This document shows positions 8,462 to 18,570 of a stretch of DNA of 64,000 bases, one piece after another (positions within the stretch are counted from its first letter, which is position 1; every line of letters begins with the position of its first letter). This DNA is from an uncultured delta proteobacterium (GTDB lineage Bacteria; Desulfobacterota; Syntrophia; Syntrophales; UBA2192), in contig CAVPJD010000011.1 of the NCBI GenBank assembly GCA_963705165.1, positions 96,001 to 160,000 on the forward strand, read 5' to 3'. A program made the translations under genes and the position numbers. A model generated the notes under the pieces. It was not told where the DNA came from and did not search any database. It worked only from the letters and a program-made list of their open reading frames with translations.

Positions 8462-10384
8462 ATGAACCGGAAGACATGGTTCATGATGGTCCTCGCCCTC
8501 TTCGCGCTACCGGACGCAGTACCGGCGCAGGAAGCCAGTCTGCAGGACTTCGTGAAGGCCATGCAGGCGCTGCCGCAGATCGTCATCTACCAGGCAAAGG
8601 AAATCGTCACCCTGGATCCGGCGAAACCGACCGTGCAGGCGGTGGCGGTGTTGGGAGACCGGATCATCGCAACCGGTGCTCTTGACGAGCTCAAAGCGGC
8701 GGCTGGCAAACAACCATACAGGGTTGACACGACTTTCTCGAACCAGGTTGTCGTCCCCGGCCTCATCGCCCAGCACGACCACCCGCTCCTCGCCGGGCTC
8801 ACGATGACGAGCGAAATCATCGCGATCGAGGATTGGGTCCTCCCGCGAGGCACATCGAAGGCAGCGAAGAACCGCGAAGAATACCTGAAGCGGTTGACCG
8901 AGGCGAACAGAAGGATGCAGGATCCGGACGCGGTGCTCCTCACCTGGGGCTACCACCAATCCTTCCACGGCAAGCTGAAGAAGACCGACCTCGATGCCAT
9001 CAGCGGCACCCGTCCCATCATCGTCTGGCACCGCTCCGCGCACGAGGTCTACCTGAACTCCGCGGCCGAGAAGAAGTACGGTGTGACCAGGCAGTGGTTC
9101 GACAATCTGCCCGACAGCGCAAAGAACCAGTCGGACTTTGCGAGCGGCCACTACTGGGAGCAGGGCGGGTTTGCCGTCTTACCCCTCATCTCCCCTGCGA
9201 TAGCGTCGCCCGAGCGCGTGCGGGCCGGCCTCGAGTTCGTCAAGGGCTACTACCACGCCAACGGCGTGACGCTGGGCTGCGAGCCGGGCGGCATCCTCTC
9301 CAAGCCGATGCAGGATGCCCAGAACGCCGTGCTGGGCGACTCCTCCTCTCCCTTCCGCTTCTACTTCATCCCTGACGGCAAGTCGATCACGGGTGCGTTC
9401 CCCGACGAGACGGTGGCCGGGGAGACCGAAAAGCTCCTTTCCTGGGGTCATGGGATGACGGCCTTCCTGCCGAAGCAGGTGAAGCTCTTCGCCGATGGCG
9501 CCATCTTCTCGCAGGCCATGCAGTTGACCGGCGGCTACACGGACGGCCACCTGGGCGCGTGGATGATGGACCCTGATTTCTTCGCCAGGTCGTTTAGGGT
9601 GTACTGGGACCACGGCTACCAGATCCACATCCATGTCAATGGTGATGCTGGCCTCGACATGGTCCTCGACCAGCTCGATCTCAGCATCCGCCATCAACCG
9701 CGGTCTGATCACCGCACCGTTGTTGTCCACTTTGCCGTAGCACGGCCGGATCAGGTGGATCGGATCAAGCGCCTCGGTGCGATCGTGAGCGGAAATCCCT
9801 ACTATCCGGTCGCTCTTGCCGACAACTACCGGACGAACGGCCTGGACCCCGAGCGCGCCGACATCATGGTGCGGATGGGTGATGTCGAGAGAGCCGGCAT
9901 CTCCTACTCATACCACGCGGACATGCCGATGGCCCCAGCTCAACCGCTGTTCCTCATGTGGGCGGGCGTCAACCGGATCACAAACGAAGGGAATGTCCGC
10001 GGGCCGGAGCAGCGCGTGAGCCGCCTCGGCGCGCTCAAGGCAGTCACGATAGAAGCCGCCTACTCGTTACGTATGGAGAAAGATGTCGGAAGCATCGTGC
10101 CGGGTAAGCTCGCGAACTTCACAGTCCTCTCCGACAACCCGGTCACGATTGATGCCATTAAGATCAAGGACATCAAGGTCTGGGGCACGGTCCACGAAGG
10201 CCGCGTCCTGCCGGTGAAGCGGGCGGCCGGGGCTAAGGAAACGTCCGTTTTCGGCCCAGTGCTCGACGAGCCAACGCTCGCGGCCAGGCTGGAAGCCGAC
10301 CGCGATGATCACGCGCGGGGCGTGCATAGCGACGCCTGCTTGGTGGCACAATACCTCGCGGCGGCGATCTACCGGGCTCAATAA
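8462..10384 (+). CDS. Secreted amidohydrolase (YtcJ-like, amidohydrolase family 3), apparently an integron cassette ORF
   Basis: Signal peptide, PGLIAQHDHP, VKLFADG, IHIHVNGD, GSIVPGKLANFTVL. Followed 11 bp later by an attC. Confidence 0.88.
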   Translation: MNRKTWFMMVLALFALPDAVPAQEASLQDFVKAMQALPQIVIYQAKEIVTLDPAKPTVQAVAVLGDRIIATGALDELKAAAGKQPYRVDTTFSNQVVVPGLIAQHDHPLLAGLTMTSEIIAIEDWVLPRGTSKAAKNREEYLKRLTEANRRMQDPDAVLLTWGYHQSFHGKLKKTDLDAISGTRPIIVWHRSAHEVYLNSAAEKKYGVTRQWFDNLPDSAKNQSDFASGHYWEQGGFAVLPLISPAIASPERVRAGLEFVKGYYHANGVTLGCEPGGILSKPMQDAQNAVLGDSSSPFRFYFIPDGKSITGAFPDETVAGETEKLLSWGHGMTAFLPKQVKLFADGAIFSQAMQLTGGYTDGHLGAWMMDPDFFARSFRVYWDHGYQIHIHVNGDAGLDMVLDQLDLSIRHQPRSDHRTVVVHFAVARPDQVDRIKRLGAIVSGNPYYPVALADNYRTNGLDPERADIMVRMGDVERAGISYSYHADMPMAPAQPLFLMWAGVNRITNEGNVRGPEQRVSRLGALKAVTIEAAYSLRMEKDVGSIVPGKLANFTVLSDNPVTIDAIKIKDIKVWGTVHEGRVLPVKRAAGAKETSVFGPVLDEPTLAARLEADRDDHARGVHSDACLVAQYLAAAIYRAQ

Positions 10385-10395
10385 ACAGGCGTGCC

Positions 10396-10455
10396 TTCCA
10401 ACCATCTCATGCAGCGGACGCGGACAAACCGCGCCGCTGATGCGAGACGTTATGA
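10396..10455 (+). mobile_element. attC site (59-base element)
   Basis: R'' TTCCAAC, 5 bp, L'' CATGCAGC, central GGACGCGG-ACAAA-CCGCGCC, L' GCTGATG, 6 bp, R' GTTATGA. Extrahelical G in L'' and a second unpaired A. Confidence 0.85.
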
Positions 10456-10519
10456 CGTGTCGGCAGTCACCCCTTGCAGGTGAAAATGGGGAAGAGCGGG
10501 GCAGCAGGGCTCTCCGATA

Positions 10520-11890
10520 CTACATGAGCCCGTACTTCTTGAGCTTCAGGTGCAGCGTGCGTCGTGTGATGCCGAGGCGGCGGGCTGTCTCGCTTTTATT
10601 TCCCCCCGATTCGTCAAGGGTCTTTAGAATCGTTGCCTTTTCCACTGCTTCCAGGGACGCGCCGTTTCCAGCGGCGGCGACGGCTGCCGGTCCGGAGGGC
10701 GCCTGCAGGGCTTGCGCCTCGAGGACGGGTGCCACATCCTCCTCGTCGAGCACGTCCGCACGGGTCAGTACGACCCCACGCTCCACAGTGTTCATCAGCT
10801 CCCGGACGTTTCCAGGCCAGGGGTAGCGCAGGAGGCGGTCCATGGCCCGGGGGGTGAATCCTTGCAGCGTCTTGCGGTTTCTCTCCGCGAAGAGCTTCAG
10901 AAAGTGCTGGGCCAGAAGCGGGATGTCCTCCCTGCGTTCCCGAAGCGGCGGCACTCGAAGGTTCACCACGTTGAGCCGGTAGTAGAGATCCTCCCGGAAC
11001 CGGCCTTCCGTGAGGGCCTTGAGCAGATCGCGGTTCGTCGCGGCAATAACGCGCACGTCGACCCGGATGAGTTCCTCGCCCCCCACGCGGGTGAACTCCC
11101 TCTCCTGCAGGACCCGCAGGAGCTTCACCTGCATGCCCAGCGACATCTCGCTCACCTCGTCGAGAAAAATCGTCCCCCTGTCGGCCTGCCTGAATTTGCC
11201 TTCCTTGCGCCGGTCGGCGCCGGTGAAGGAGCCCTTCTCGTGGCCGAAGAGCTCCGATTCCAGCAGCGTCTCCGTGATGGCGGCGCAGTTGATGCGGATG
11301 AAGGGACCTCCCTTGTGGGGGCTGTTGGTGTGGATGGCCCCGGCGATCATTTCCTTCCCGGTGCCCGATTCTCCGGTGACCAGGACCGTCGCCTCGGAGG
11401 GGGCTACCTGCGCCACCAGGTCCAGGAGCTTCGTCATGGCGGCGCTGCGGCCGATGAGGTTTCCACGGTCGAAGCGGGCGCCCAGGCTTTCCCGGAGAAC
11501 CCGGTTTTCCTCCTTCAGGTGCGTATGCTCCAGGGTCCGATCCATGGCAAGCCGCAGCTCGTCGAAGTCGAGGGGTTTTGTCAGGTAGTCGTAGGCCCCC
11601 TTCTTGAGGGCCTCGACGGCCGTTTCCACGGAGGCGTAGGCCGTCATGAGAATGACGGGCAGGGCGGGGTTGAACCGGCGGATCTCCTCGAGGGCCTCGA
11701 GCCCCGAGACGCGGACCATCCGGATGTCCATGAGGACAAGATCGAAGGGATCTTTCTGTACCGCCTCCACGGCCGCGGCGCCGTCGTCGGCCTCGCGGAC
11801 ATCATAACCCCAGCCGGTGATGAGCGTCTTGAGCATGGTTCGGTGGGCAAAGTCGTCATCAACGACGAGAATGGTGTTTTTCGCATTCAT
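10520..11890 (-). CDS. Sigma54-dependent response regulator (ZraR/AtoC-like)
   Basis: REC domain, GESGTGKE, ESELFGHEKGSFTGA, Fis-type HTH. Confidence 0.93.
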   Translation of the reverse strand: MNAKNTILVVDDDFAHRTMLKTLITGWGYDVREADDGAAAVEAVQKDPFDLVLMDIRMVRVSGLEALEEIRRFNPALPVILMTAYASVETAVEALKKGAYDYLTKPLDFDELRLAMDRTLEHTHLKEENRVLRESLGARFDRGNLIGRSAAMTKLLDLVAQVAPSEATVLVTGESGTGKEMIAGAIHTNSPHKGGPFIRINCAAITETLLESELFGHEKGSFTGADRRKEGKFRQADRGTIFLDEVSEMSLGMQVKLLRVLQEREFTRVGGEELIRVDVRVIAATNRDLLKALTEGRFREDLYYRLNVVNLRVPPLRERREDIPLLAQHFLKLFAERNRKTLQGFTPRAMDRLLRYPWPGNVRELMNTVERGVVLTRADVLDEEDVAPVLEAQALQAPSGPAAVAAAGNGASLEAVEKATILKTLDESGGNKSETARRLGITRRTLHLKLKKYGLM

Positions 11891-11918
11891 GGAAAATATC
11901 CTGTCTTCACGTGATCAG

Positions 11919-13628
11919 TCAGGAACGTGATTGCTCGATGGGCAGAAGGATCGTAAAGGTCGTGCCCTTCCCCGGCTCGCTCTCCAGGCGGATCTCGCCG
12001 CCGTGGACCTCGACGATCCGGTGAACGATGGCAAGCCCCAGCCCCGTCCCCGATGGTTTTGTCGTATAGTAGGGGTCGAAGACTCTCCCGATATCTTCCT
12101 TGCGGATCCCCGCACCCGTGTCGGTAACGCTCACCCGCAGGCTGCCCCCGTCGTGGCGGGTGACGCTCACGGACAGGACGCCTCCCCTGTCCGTGGCGGC
12201 CAGGGCATTCAGGAAGAGGTTGAGAAAGACCTGGGTCATCCGGTCCGGGTCGATGAAGGCATCCGGAAATCCGGAGGCAAGGTCTGCCTTTACGGTGATT
12301 CCCTTCTCGCGCGCCTGTCCCTCGACCGTGCGCAGGACGTGCCGCACCAGGCCCGCCAGATCCGTTGCCTTCCTTTTCAGCTCCATGGGCCGGGAAAATT
12401 CCAGCAGCTCGGTGATGACCCGGTTGAGGCGGTCGACCTCCTGGATCATGATGTCGGCCACCTTCACGTCGTCGGGCACCCCGTCATAACGCTGGCGAAA
12501 ATACGTGGCAAAGCCCTTGAGCGAGCTGAGCGGGTTGCGGATCTCGTGGGCCACACCCGCCGCAAGACTCCCGACAGCGGCGAGCCGCTGGCTGCGCTCC
12601 ACCTCCTTGCGCAGATGCTGCAGTTCAGAGAGGTCCCGAAGGAGGGCAATGCGGCCGATAAGCTCCCCTTCGTCGTCTCGCAGGACTGCCGCGATCACTT
12701 CCAGGGGGACCGTGCGACCCTCGCTGACCATGCACTCGAACTCTTTCTCCACAATCGGCCGCCCCGGCCCCAATTCCTTCAGCATGTCCAGGCATGCGAG
12801 GGGGAGGATCTCCGACGAGGGCTTCCCGATCGTGTCCGCCGATGAGCGGCCGAGCAGCCTTTCCGCCGTGTCGTTGAACACCACGATCCGCTCGCCGGAG
12901 TCGACGGCCACAAGCCCCACGGGCATGTGCTCCACGAGGCTGTCGGAGAGGGCCTTCACCCTCGTAAGCGAGGCCCGCGTTGACCGGTATCCCAGGGCAA
13001 GGAAGAGAGAGACGATACCGGCAAAGCCGATGAGCACGAGCACCGAGGCCGTGATGATCGTGTTCCACCTGTCCTGCTCATGAGCTGCCTGGACGGGTGC
13101 CATGTTGAGGCCCACGAAAATCACGTAGGACGCCCCCCGGGTCTGACCGTTGAATCCCCCATAGGGTTCCTCCCGGGGGGCAAACCGGCGATAGACCTCG
13201 AAGGTATCGGGGCCCTCGGTACCGGCGACGATTCTCCACTGTGCGGCACCCTGCCGGGAAAGAACCGCAAGGTCGAGATCCGTCCCGTAGGTATCACCGA
13301 CCATGCCCGGGTCGCTGTCGGCGAGGATTCTTCCCTCCGTGTCGGTGATGACGAAGTACTCCACGCCGGGCTGCTGAGCCGTCTCGATGAGCAGTTTCTG
13401 CAGTTGAAAGCTTCCCCAGTCCATCCCCTCGCCGGCCCTCGCACCCGCCTCGAAGGAACGGATCAGAGCCTCCCCCTTCTCGAGCAGCAGCCGGGTGCTC
13501 ATGTCCATGTGGCGGTTCACATTTTCCCAGGTGAAAAAAGCGAAAAGCGGGACCAGTACCGCCACGGCCCCCAGGATGACCCAGGGGGGGACGAGTAACC
13601 ATACCTTTTTTCTTTCAACTGCTACCAC
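11919..13628 (-). CDS. Membrane PAS sensor histidine kinase (ZraS-like)
   Basis: Two TM segments, PAS, AHEIRNPL, DTGAGI, GTGLGL. Confidence 0.92.
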   Translation of the reverse strand: MVAVERKKVWLLVPPWVILGAVAVLVPLFAFFTWENVNRHMDMSTRLLLEKGEALIRSFEAGARAGEGMDWGSFQLQKLLIETAQQPGVEYFVITDTEGRILADSDPGMVGDTYGTDLDLAVLSRQGAAQWRIVAGTEGPDTFEVYRRFAPREEPYGGFNGQTRGASYVIFVGLNMAPVQAAHEQDRWNTIITASVLVLIGFAGIVSLFLALGYRSTRASLTRVKALSDSLVEHMPVGLVAVDSGERIVVFNDTAERLLGRSSADTIGKPSSEILPLACLDMLKELGPGRPIVEKEFECMVSEGRTVPLEVIAAVLRDDEGELIGRIALLRDLSELQHLRKEVERSQRLAAVGSLAAGVAHEIRNPLSSLKGFATYFRQRYDGVPDDVKVADIMIQEVDRLNRVITELLEFSRPMELKRKATDLAGLVRHVLRTVEGQAREKGITVKADLASGFPDAFIDPDRMTQVFLNLFLNALAATDRGGVLSVSVTRHDGGSLRVSVTDTGAGIRKEDIGRVFDPYYTTKPSGTGLGLAIVHRIVEVHGGEIRLESEPGKGTTFTILLPIEQSRS

Positions 13629-13752
13629 TGGGTGCCTTCCTGCAACGCCGAGAATGGCTGGGCATGAAGTTAAGAAGTTGAGAAGGTAAGAAGTTCAGAA
13701 AAATAAGGGTCCCCTTTAGCCTTAGGCCCTATGCCCTGAGCCTTTAGCCCGT

Positions 13753-13805
13753 CACATGGATACTGCGTATCCATGTGTATACATCATCTGGATACATACT
13801 ATCCA
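13753..13805. promoter_or_regulatory. Putative enhancer (UAS) sites TGGATA-N5-TATCCA, two copies
   Basis: TGGATACTGCGTATCCA (13757-13773) and TGGATACATACTATCCA (13789-13805), about 100 bp upstream of a sigma54 promoter. Confidence 0.7.
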
Positions 13806-13892
13806 TATTTTTCTCATGGCTGGGAACGGGGCAGGTGGTTAAAATGACAATACAACAATCATAACATATACTTAAAACTAAACTATCCCTCC

Positions 13893-13907
13893 TGGCACGC
13901 TCGTTGC
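13893..13907 (+). promoter_or_regulatory. Sigma54 (-24/-12) promoter
   Basis: TGGCACGCTCGTTGC, near consensus. Confidence 0.85.
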
Positions 13908-13951
13908 CCTATGGTCTATGCAAGAAAGCAACTCCAAAGGAGAGTGAAACC

Positions 13952-14467
13952 ATGAAAAAGTTGATGATTGTAATGACAGCCCTTCTTCTCGTAACGGCCT
14001 TCGTGATGCCGGCCGACGCCATGCGCGGCGGCGGGAAGGGCCACGGATACGGCTTCTGCAATGGAAACGACCTTTCGGGCGTGCAGGGCCTCAACCTGAC
14101 GGCCGAGCAGAAGACGAAGATCGGCGATCTGCGGACCGCACACCTCAAGGACATCAAGCCCCTCCAGGACAAGATGCACAGCAAGGCGGGCGATCTGAGG
14201 CTCCTGTGGCTGGAAAAGAGCCCCGACGAGGCCAAGATCCGGGCCACGGAAAAAGAAGTTCGCGTGCTGCGCGACCAGATGCAGGATAAGGGCAGCGATT
14301 ACCGCTGGGCCGTCTACAAGTCCCTCACCCCGGAGCAGCAGGAGCTGCTGAAGCAGAACAGAGCGACGGGCCGCTGCTTCGGCGCCGGGCCCGCCGGCAA
14401 GGGCATGGGCGAAGGCCGCGGGACGGGTCACGGGATGGGCCACGGCATGGGCGGAAACATGAAGTAA
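13952..14467 (+). CDS. Periplasmic Spy/CpxP/ZraP-family protein
   Basis: Signal peptide, LNLTAEQ...LTPEQ motifs, Gly/Met/His-rich tail. Confidence 0.88.
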   Translation: MKKLMIVMTALLLVTAFVMPADAMRGGGKGHGYGFCNGNDLSGVQGLNLTAEQKTKIGDLRTAHLKDIKPLQDKMHSKAGDLRLLWLEKSPDEAKIRATEKEVRVLRDQMQDKGSDYRWAVYKSLTPEQQELLKQNRATGRCFGAGPAGKGMGEGRGTGHGMGHGMGGNMK

Positions 14468-14509
14468 CCACCAGACGCGAGACCTTCTTCTTAGACACTT
14501 CCCCCTTCG

Positions 14510-14545
14510 GGATCACCCGGCAACCCTCCGCCGGGTGATCCTTTT
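14510..14545 (+). terminator. Rho-independent terminator
   Basis: GGATCACCCGGC...GCCGGGTGATCC TTTT. Confidence 0.75.
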
Positions 14546-14689
14546 CACAGCTCCGAAATTTCCTGGACCCTGAACCCTTTACCCTTGACCCTTTTTAAAT
14601 TCATTTGACTTTTCCCGGCAAGCAGTTCAGAAACAACGGCAACCCTCTTTTCGGCCAAAATAGTCCGGCAGAGCGGAAATGACGGCAGC

Positions 14690-15352
14690 ATGAAAAAAGA
14701 CAATCTCGATGAGCAGCAGCTTCAATGGGACCGGGCCTACACCGCGGAGATGGATTTCTTCGGCGACGAGCCCAGCCTGGCGGCGCGGAGGGCTGCGGAC
14801 CGTTTCCTGGAAGGGGGTTGCAGTCTTCTGATGGAGCTTGGCGCGGGCCAGGGACGGGATACCCTGTTTTTTGCCGGCCTGGGATTGCGGGTCTACGCCC
14901 TGGAGTACAGCGAAAGCGGGCTCTGGGGGATCATCGACAAGGGGGTGAAGACGGAACTGGGCGAGATGATCTCGCCCGTTTTTCACGATCTTCGCAAGCC
15001 GCTGCCTTTCGGGGATGCCTCCATCGACGGCTGCTTCTCCCACATGCTCTACTGCATGGCCTTCAGTCGGGCGGAACTGGACTTCCTCAACGGGGAGATC
15101 CGACGGGTCCTCAAGCCGGGCGGTCTCAACATCTACACGGTCCGCCACAAGGGGGATGCCCACTACGGAAAGGGATCCCACCTCGGCGAAGACCTTTACG
15201 AAATGAATGGTTTTGTCGTACACTACTTCGACCGGGCCATGGTGGAGCACCTGGCCGGGGGGTTCGACCTCCTTGACATCGAGGAATTCGAGGAAGGCTC
15301 GCTCCCCAGAAAACTCTTCCAGGTCACCCTGCGAAAAAAAGGAGGAAGTTAG
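14690..15352 (+). CDS. Class I SAM-dependent methyltransferase
   Basis: MELGAGQGRD, RRVLKPGG. Confidence 0.85.
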   Translation: MKKDNLDEQQLQWDRAYTAEMDFFGDEPSLAARRAADRFLEGGCSLLMELGAGQGRDTLFFAGLGLRVYALEYSESGLWGIIDKGVKTELGEMISPVFHDLRKPLPFGDASIDGCFSHMLYCMAFSRAELDFLNGEIRRVLKPGGLNIYTVRHKGDAHYGKGSHLGEDLYEMNGFVVHYFDRAMVEHLAGGFDLLDIEEFEEGSLPRKLFQVTLRKKGGS

Positions 15353-15514
15353 GAAGAGAAGAAGATCGGAAGAGCGGAAAATAGACATGCCGCCAGGTGG
15401 ACATCCGGAAATTCTCGGGCTTATTTTCCTAAGGCTCTTTTGAGACTGACCTCTGGAATAAGCTCGATTCAGACAAAAGCCAAGCTGGTACGAATCTTGA
15501 TGAGAAATACAGCC

Positions 15515-16450
15515 ATGAAAAGCATTGCCGTCAAAACGGCCCTGACCGGAAAAGAAAAACTCAACATCCTCCTGGCCCTGGCCGGGATCGCCCTGGTCTT
15601 CGTCTACGCCTACTGCGGCGATTCCTGCTCCTACCTGAAGGGTTCGATTTTCGGGATCGACCTCAAGTACCTGGGGGTTCTCTTCATGGGGACGCTCGTC
15701 GCGCTCGGCCTCTTCGGTTTCAGGGATTACAGGCTCCTGCTGCTGTCGGCCGGCGTGGGAGCAGAGGTGTTCCTCATCGGCTTCCAGGTCCATTATGATG
15801 TTTTCTGTCCCTACTGCCTCAGCTTCGGGGCCGTCCTGCTGCTTCTTTTCGCCATCAACCTGGACTGGTCGAAACGCAAGCTCGTCGGTATTTTTGCCGT
15901 CCTCGGCCTTCTCTTTTTCGTGGTCTTCTTTGACGGGTCGGTGACGCCCGCCTTCGCGGCGGAGCCGCTGAAACCCTCCTTCGGAAACGGCCGGGTCCAT
16001 GTGCGGATCTACAGCGACTATTTCTGCAACCCCTGCTCCAAGCTCGACCCCGAAATCGCCAAGCCCATCGCGAATCTCGTGAAAAAGAACGCAATCCAGG
16101 CAACTTTCATCGACACGCCATTCCGCCCGGAGACCGTGCTCTACGCCCGCTATTTCCTTTACGCCCTCAACGAGAAGAAGGATATCGACACCGCCAACAA
16201 GGTGCGGCATGTCCTCTTCCAGGCGGCCGCCCAGAACATATCGGATCGGGAAAAGCTGGAAGAGCATCTGAAAAAGAACGGCGTGAAGTACAAGGTCTAC
16301 GACCCGACCCCGACCTTCAGTATTTTCAACGGTTACCTCGCCGAGGACAATATCCGTTCGACGCCCACCGTCGTGATTATGGACAGTGGAAGAAAGCAGG
16401 TGGTCAAAGGCTCCGCCAACATCGTCAAGGCCATCGGGGAAATCAAATAA
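15515..16450 (+). CDS. VKOR-like membrane domain fused to a DsbA/thioredoxin domain
   Basis: TM helices with CxxxC and FCPYCL, then DYFCNPC and cis-Pro loop RSTPT. Confidence 0.75.
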   Translation: MKSIAVKTALTGKEKLNILLALAGIALVFVYAYCGDSCSYLKGSIFGIDLKYLGVLFMGTLVALGLFGFRDYRLLLLSAGVGAEVFLIGFQVHYDVFCPYCLSFGAVLLLLFAINLDWSKRKLVGIFAVLGLLFFVVFFDGSVTPAFAAEPLKPSFGNGRVHVRIYSDYFCNPCSKLDPEIAKPIANLVKKNAIQATFIDTPFRPETVLYARYFLYALNEKKDIDTANKVRHVLFQAAAQNISDREKLEEHLKKNGVKYKVYDPTPTFSIFNGYLAEDNIRSTPTVVIMDSGRKQVVKGSANIVKAIGEIK

Positions 16451-16514
16451 GGCACGAGGATCGAGGTCCGAGGAGCGAGGAAAGAAAAGGCTGCAGCATA
16501 GAGAAGGCAAGCTG

Positions 16515-16563
16515 AAATCCCCCTCTATCCCCCTTTTGCAAAGAGAGATGAAAGGGGGATTTT
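16515..16563. repeat. REP-like palindrome
   Basis: AAATCCCCCT...AGGGGGATTT between convergent genes. Confidence 0.55.
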
Positions 16564-16580
16564 CTTTTGCCTGTCCCGAA

Positions 16581-18461
16581 TCAGGTGGGTTCGACAGAGT
16601 TCAGCTGACGGAGGATCTCTTCGGCGAGTTTCTCGGTTATCCCCGGCACCTTTTGCAACTTTTCCGGCTCGGCTTTACGGAGTGAGTCGATATCGCCGAA
16701 GTGGCGCAGGAGGGCCTTCTTCCTCACCGCCCCCACGCCCGGTATGTCGTCGAGCAGCGAGCGGACGTCGCGCTTCTCCATCCTCCGGCGGTGGTGCGTG
16801 ATGGCGAAGCGGTGCGCCTCGTCGCGAATGCGCTGCAGGAAGAGAAGCGCGGCAGGGTACTTGATGAGATAGACAGGGTCTTTGCGCCCCGCCAGGTAGA
16901 CATGATCCTGCTCCTTCATGGAGGGCCGGCGGCGCACACCTTCTGCATCGCCTCCCTGCGCCGATCCCTTGGCGAGTCCGATGACATCGAGGTTCCCGAT
17001 CTTAAGCTCCCGGAGGACCGCCACGGCCATGCTGACCTGCCCCTTGCCGCCGTCGACCATGAGCAGGTCGGGCAGGTTTTCCCGACTCTCGAATCGCCGC
17101 TTCATGACCTCGTACATGCTGGCGTAGTCGTCGGCACCCTCGACGCCGCGGACGTGGAAGAGCCTGTAGCCGGACTTGTCGGGTTTGCCGTCCACAAAGC
17201 TCACCAGGGAGCCGACGGGGAGCTGCCCGCCCAGGTTGGAGATGTCGAAACACTCTATCCGGCGAGGCAGCTTGTGCAGGTGCAGCTTGTCCCGGAGCAG
17301 GGCCATGGCGCTCTCCTCATCCATGCGGACGGCACGCTCGGACTTGAGGATGTCTTCGGCATTCTGCCGGGCAATCCCGGCAAGATCCCTCCTCGGTCCG
17401 CGGCGCGGGACGATGAGGTCCACCTTCTTCCCCCGCTTTTCCGAGAGCCACTCGGCAAGAACTTCCCCGTCCTCGATCTCCCCGGGGATGACGACTTCCG
17501 CGGGGATGAATAGCTCCCCATCGTAATACTGCCTGAGCAGGGACGAGAGGACCTCGGCATCGCCGGCTGCCGTCCGGACGGGCGGGAACTTCTTCGTGCC
17601 GAGGGTCTTGCCCTCGCGGATGCGCAGGGCGCAGACCTGGACCAGCTCCTCTTCGCGGTAGAGGCCGAAGACATCCTGATCCTTGAAATCGGCCGACACC
17701 ATCCGCTGCTTTTCCACCGTCGTCTCGACGGCGGCGATCTGGTCGCGAAGCCTGGCGGCCTCCTCGAACTCGAGGCTCTCTGCCGCCTCGGCCATCCTCT
17801 TTCGCAGCAGATCGAGCAGTTTCGTCTCGCGGCCCTCCAGGAAAAGAACCGCGTCGTCGATGAATTTCCGGTATTTCTCCTTCCCGACGAGACCCACGCA
17901 GGGACCGACGCAGTTGCGGATCTCGTACTCGATGCAGGGGCGGCGCCTCGTCTTGAACTCCCGGTCCTTGCAGGTCCGGAACGGGAAGAGCTGGTGGAGA
18001 AACTTCAGCGTTTCTTTGGCGGCGAGCCCCGACGGGTAGGGTCCGAAGTAATGGGCCCCGTCCTTTTTCGTTTTTCTCACGACCTGGAAGGCGGGAAAAT
18101 CCTGGCGGGTGTCAAGGCGCAGGCTGACATAGGTCTTGTCGTCCCGGAAGATCACGTTGTAGCGGGGCCGGTGCTCCTTGATCAGCGTGTTCTCCAGGAG
18201 AAAGGCCTCTTTCTCCGTGTTGGTGATGACAAAATCCAGGTCGCGGATGCGGGAAACGAGGAAGGGAACCATCGCGCGGGTGTCGGTCCCCTGGAAGTAA
18301 TTGCGGATGCGGCTCCGGAGGTTTTTCGCCTTGCCGACGTAGATGACGCCCCCCTTTTCGTCTCTCATGAGGTAGACGCCGGTAGAGGAGGGCACATTCC
18401 GAGTCTTCAGCTCCAGTGCCTGAGGTACACTTTGTTCCGTCCCGGTCATTTCCTTCCTCAT
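16581..18461 (-). CDS. uvrC: Excinuclease ABC subunit C
   Basis: GIY-YIG (GVYLM...IYVGKAKNLRSR), RIECFDISN, DGGKGQ, RDEAHRFAI, HhH. Confidence 0.97.
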   Translation of the reverse strand: MRKEMTGTEQSVPQALELKTRNVPSSTGVYLMRDEKGGVIYVGKAKNLRSRIRNYFQGTDTRAMVPFLVSRIRDLDFVITNTEKEAFLLENTLIKEHRPRYNVIFRDDKTYVSLRLDTRQDFPAFQVVRKTKKDGAHYFGPYPSGLAAKETLKFLHQLFPFRTCKDREFKTRRRPCIEYEIRNCVGPCVGLVGKEKYRKFIDDAVLFLEGRETKLLDLLRKRMAEAAESLEFEEAARLRDQIAAVETTVEKQRMVSADFKDQDVFGLYREEELVQVCALRIREGKTLGTKKFPPVRTAAGDAEVLSSLLRQYYDGELFIPAEVVIPGEIEDGEVLAEWLSEKRGKKVDLIVPRRGPRRDLAGIARQNAEDILKSERAVRMDEESAMALLRDKLHLHKLPRRIECFDISNLGGQLPVGSLVSFVDGKPDKSGYRLFHVRGVEGADDYASMYEVMKRRFESRENLPDLLMVDGGKGQVSMAVAVLRELKIGNLDVIGLAKGSAQGGDAEGVRRRPSMKEQDHVYLAGRKDPVYLIKYPAALLFLQRIRDEAHRFAITHHRRRMEKRDVRSLLDDIPGVGAVRKKALLRHFGDIDSLRKAEPEKLQKVPGITEKLAEEILRQLNSVEPT

Positions 18462-18532
18462 TGAAACCAGCCCGCCGAGGTGACAGGTGTCTGGTGACAG
18501 GTGAAAGAGAGCCCATGGTCAAGGGGGGTTTT

Positions 18533-18570
18533 CTGTTACCTGTTACCTGTTACCTGTTACCTGTTACCTG
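18533..18570. repeat. Heptamer tandem repeat (CTGTTAC)x5
   Basis: Read directly. A degenerate inverted partner (AGGTGAC)n lies at 18478-18505. Confidence 0.9.

Noticed and set aside
18533..18570. CRISPR array among the repeats
   Set aside because: Units are 7-9 bp and adjacent, with no spacers and no cas genes.
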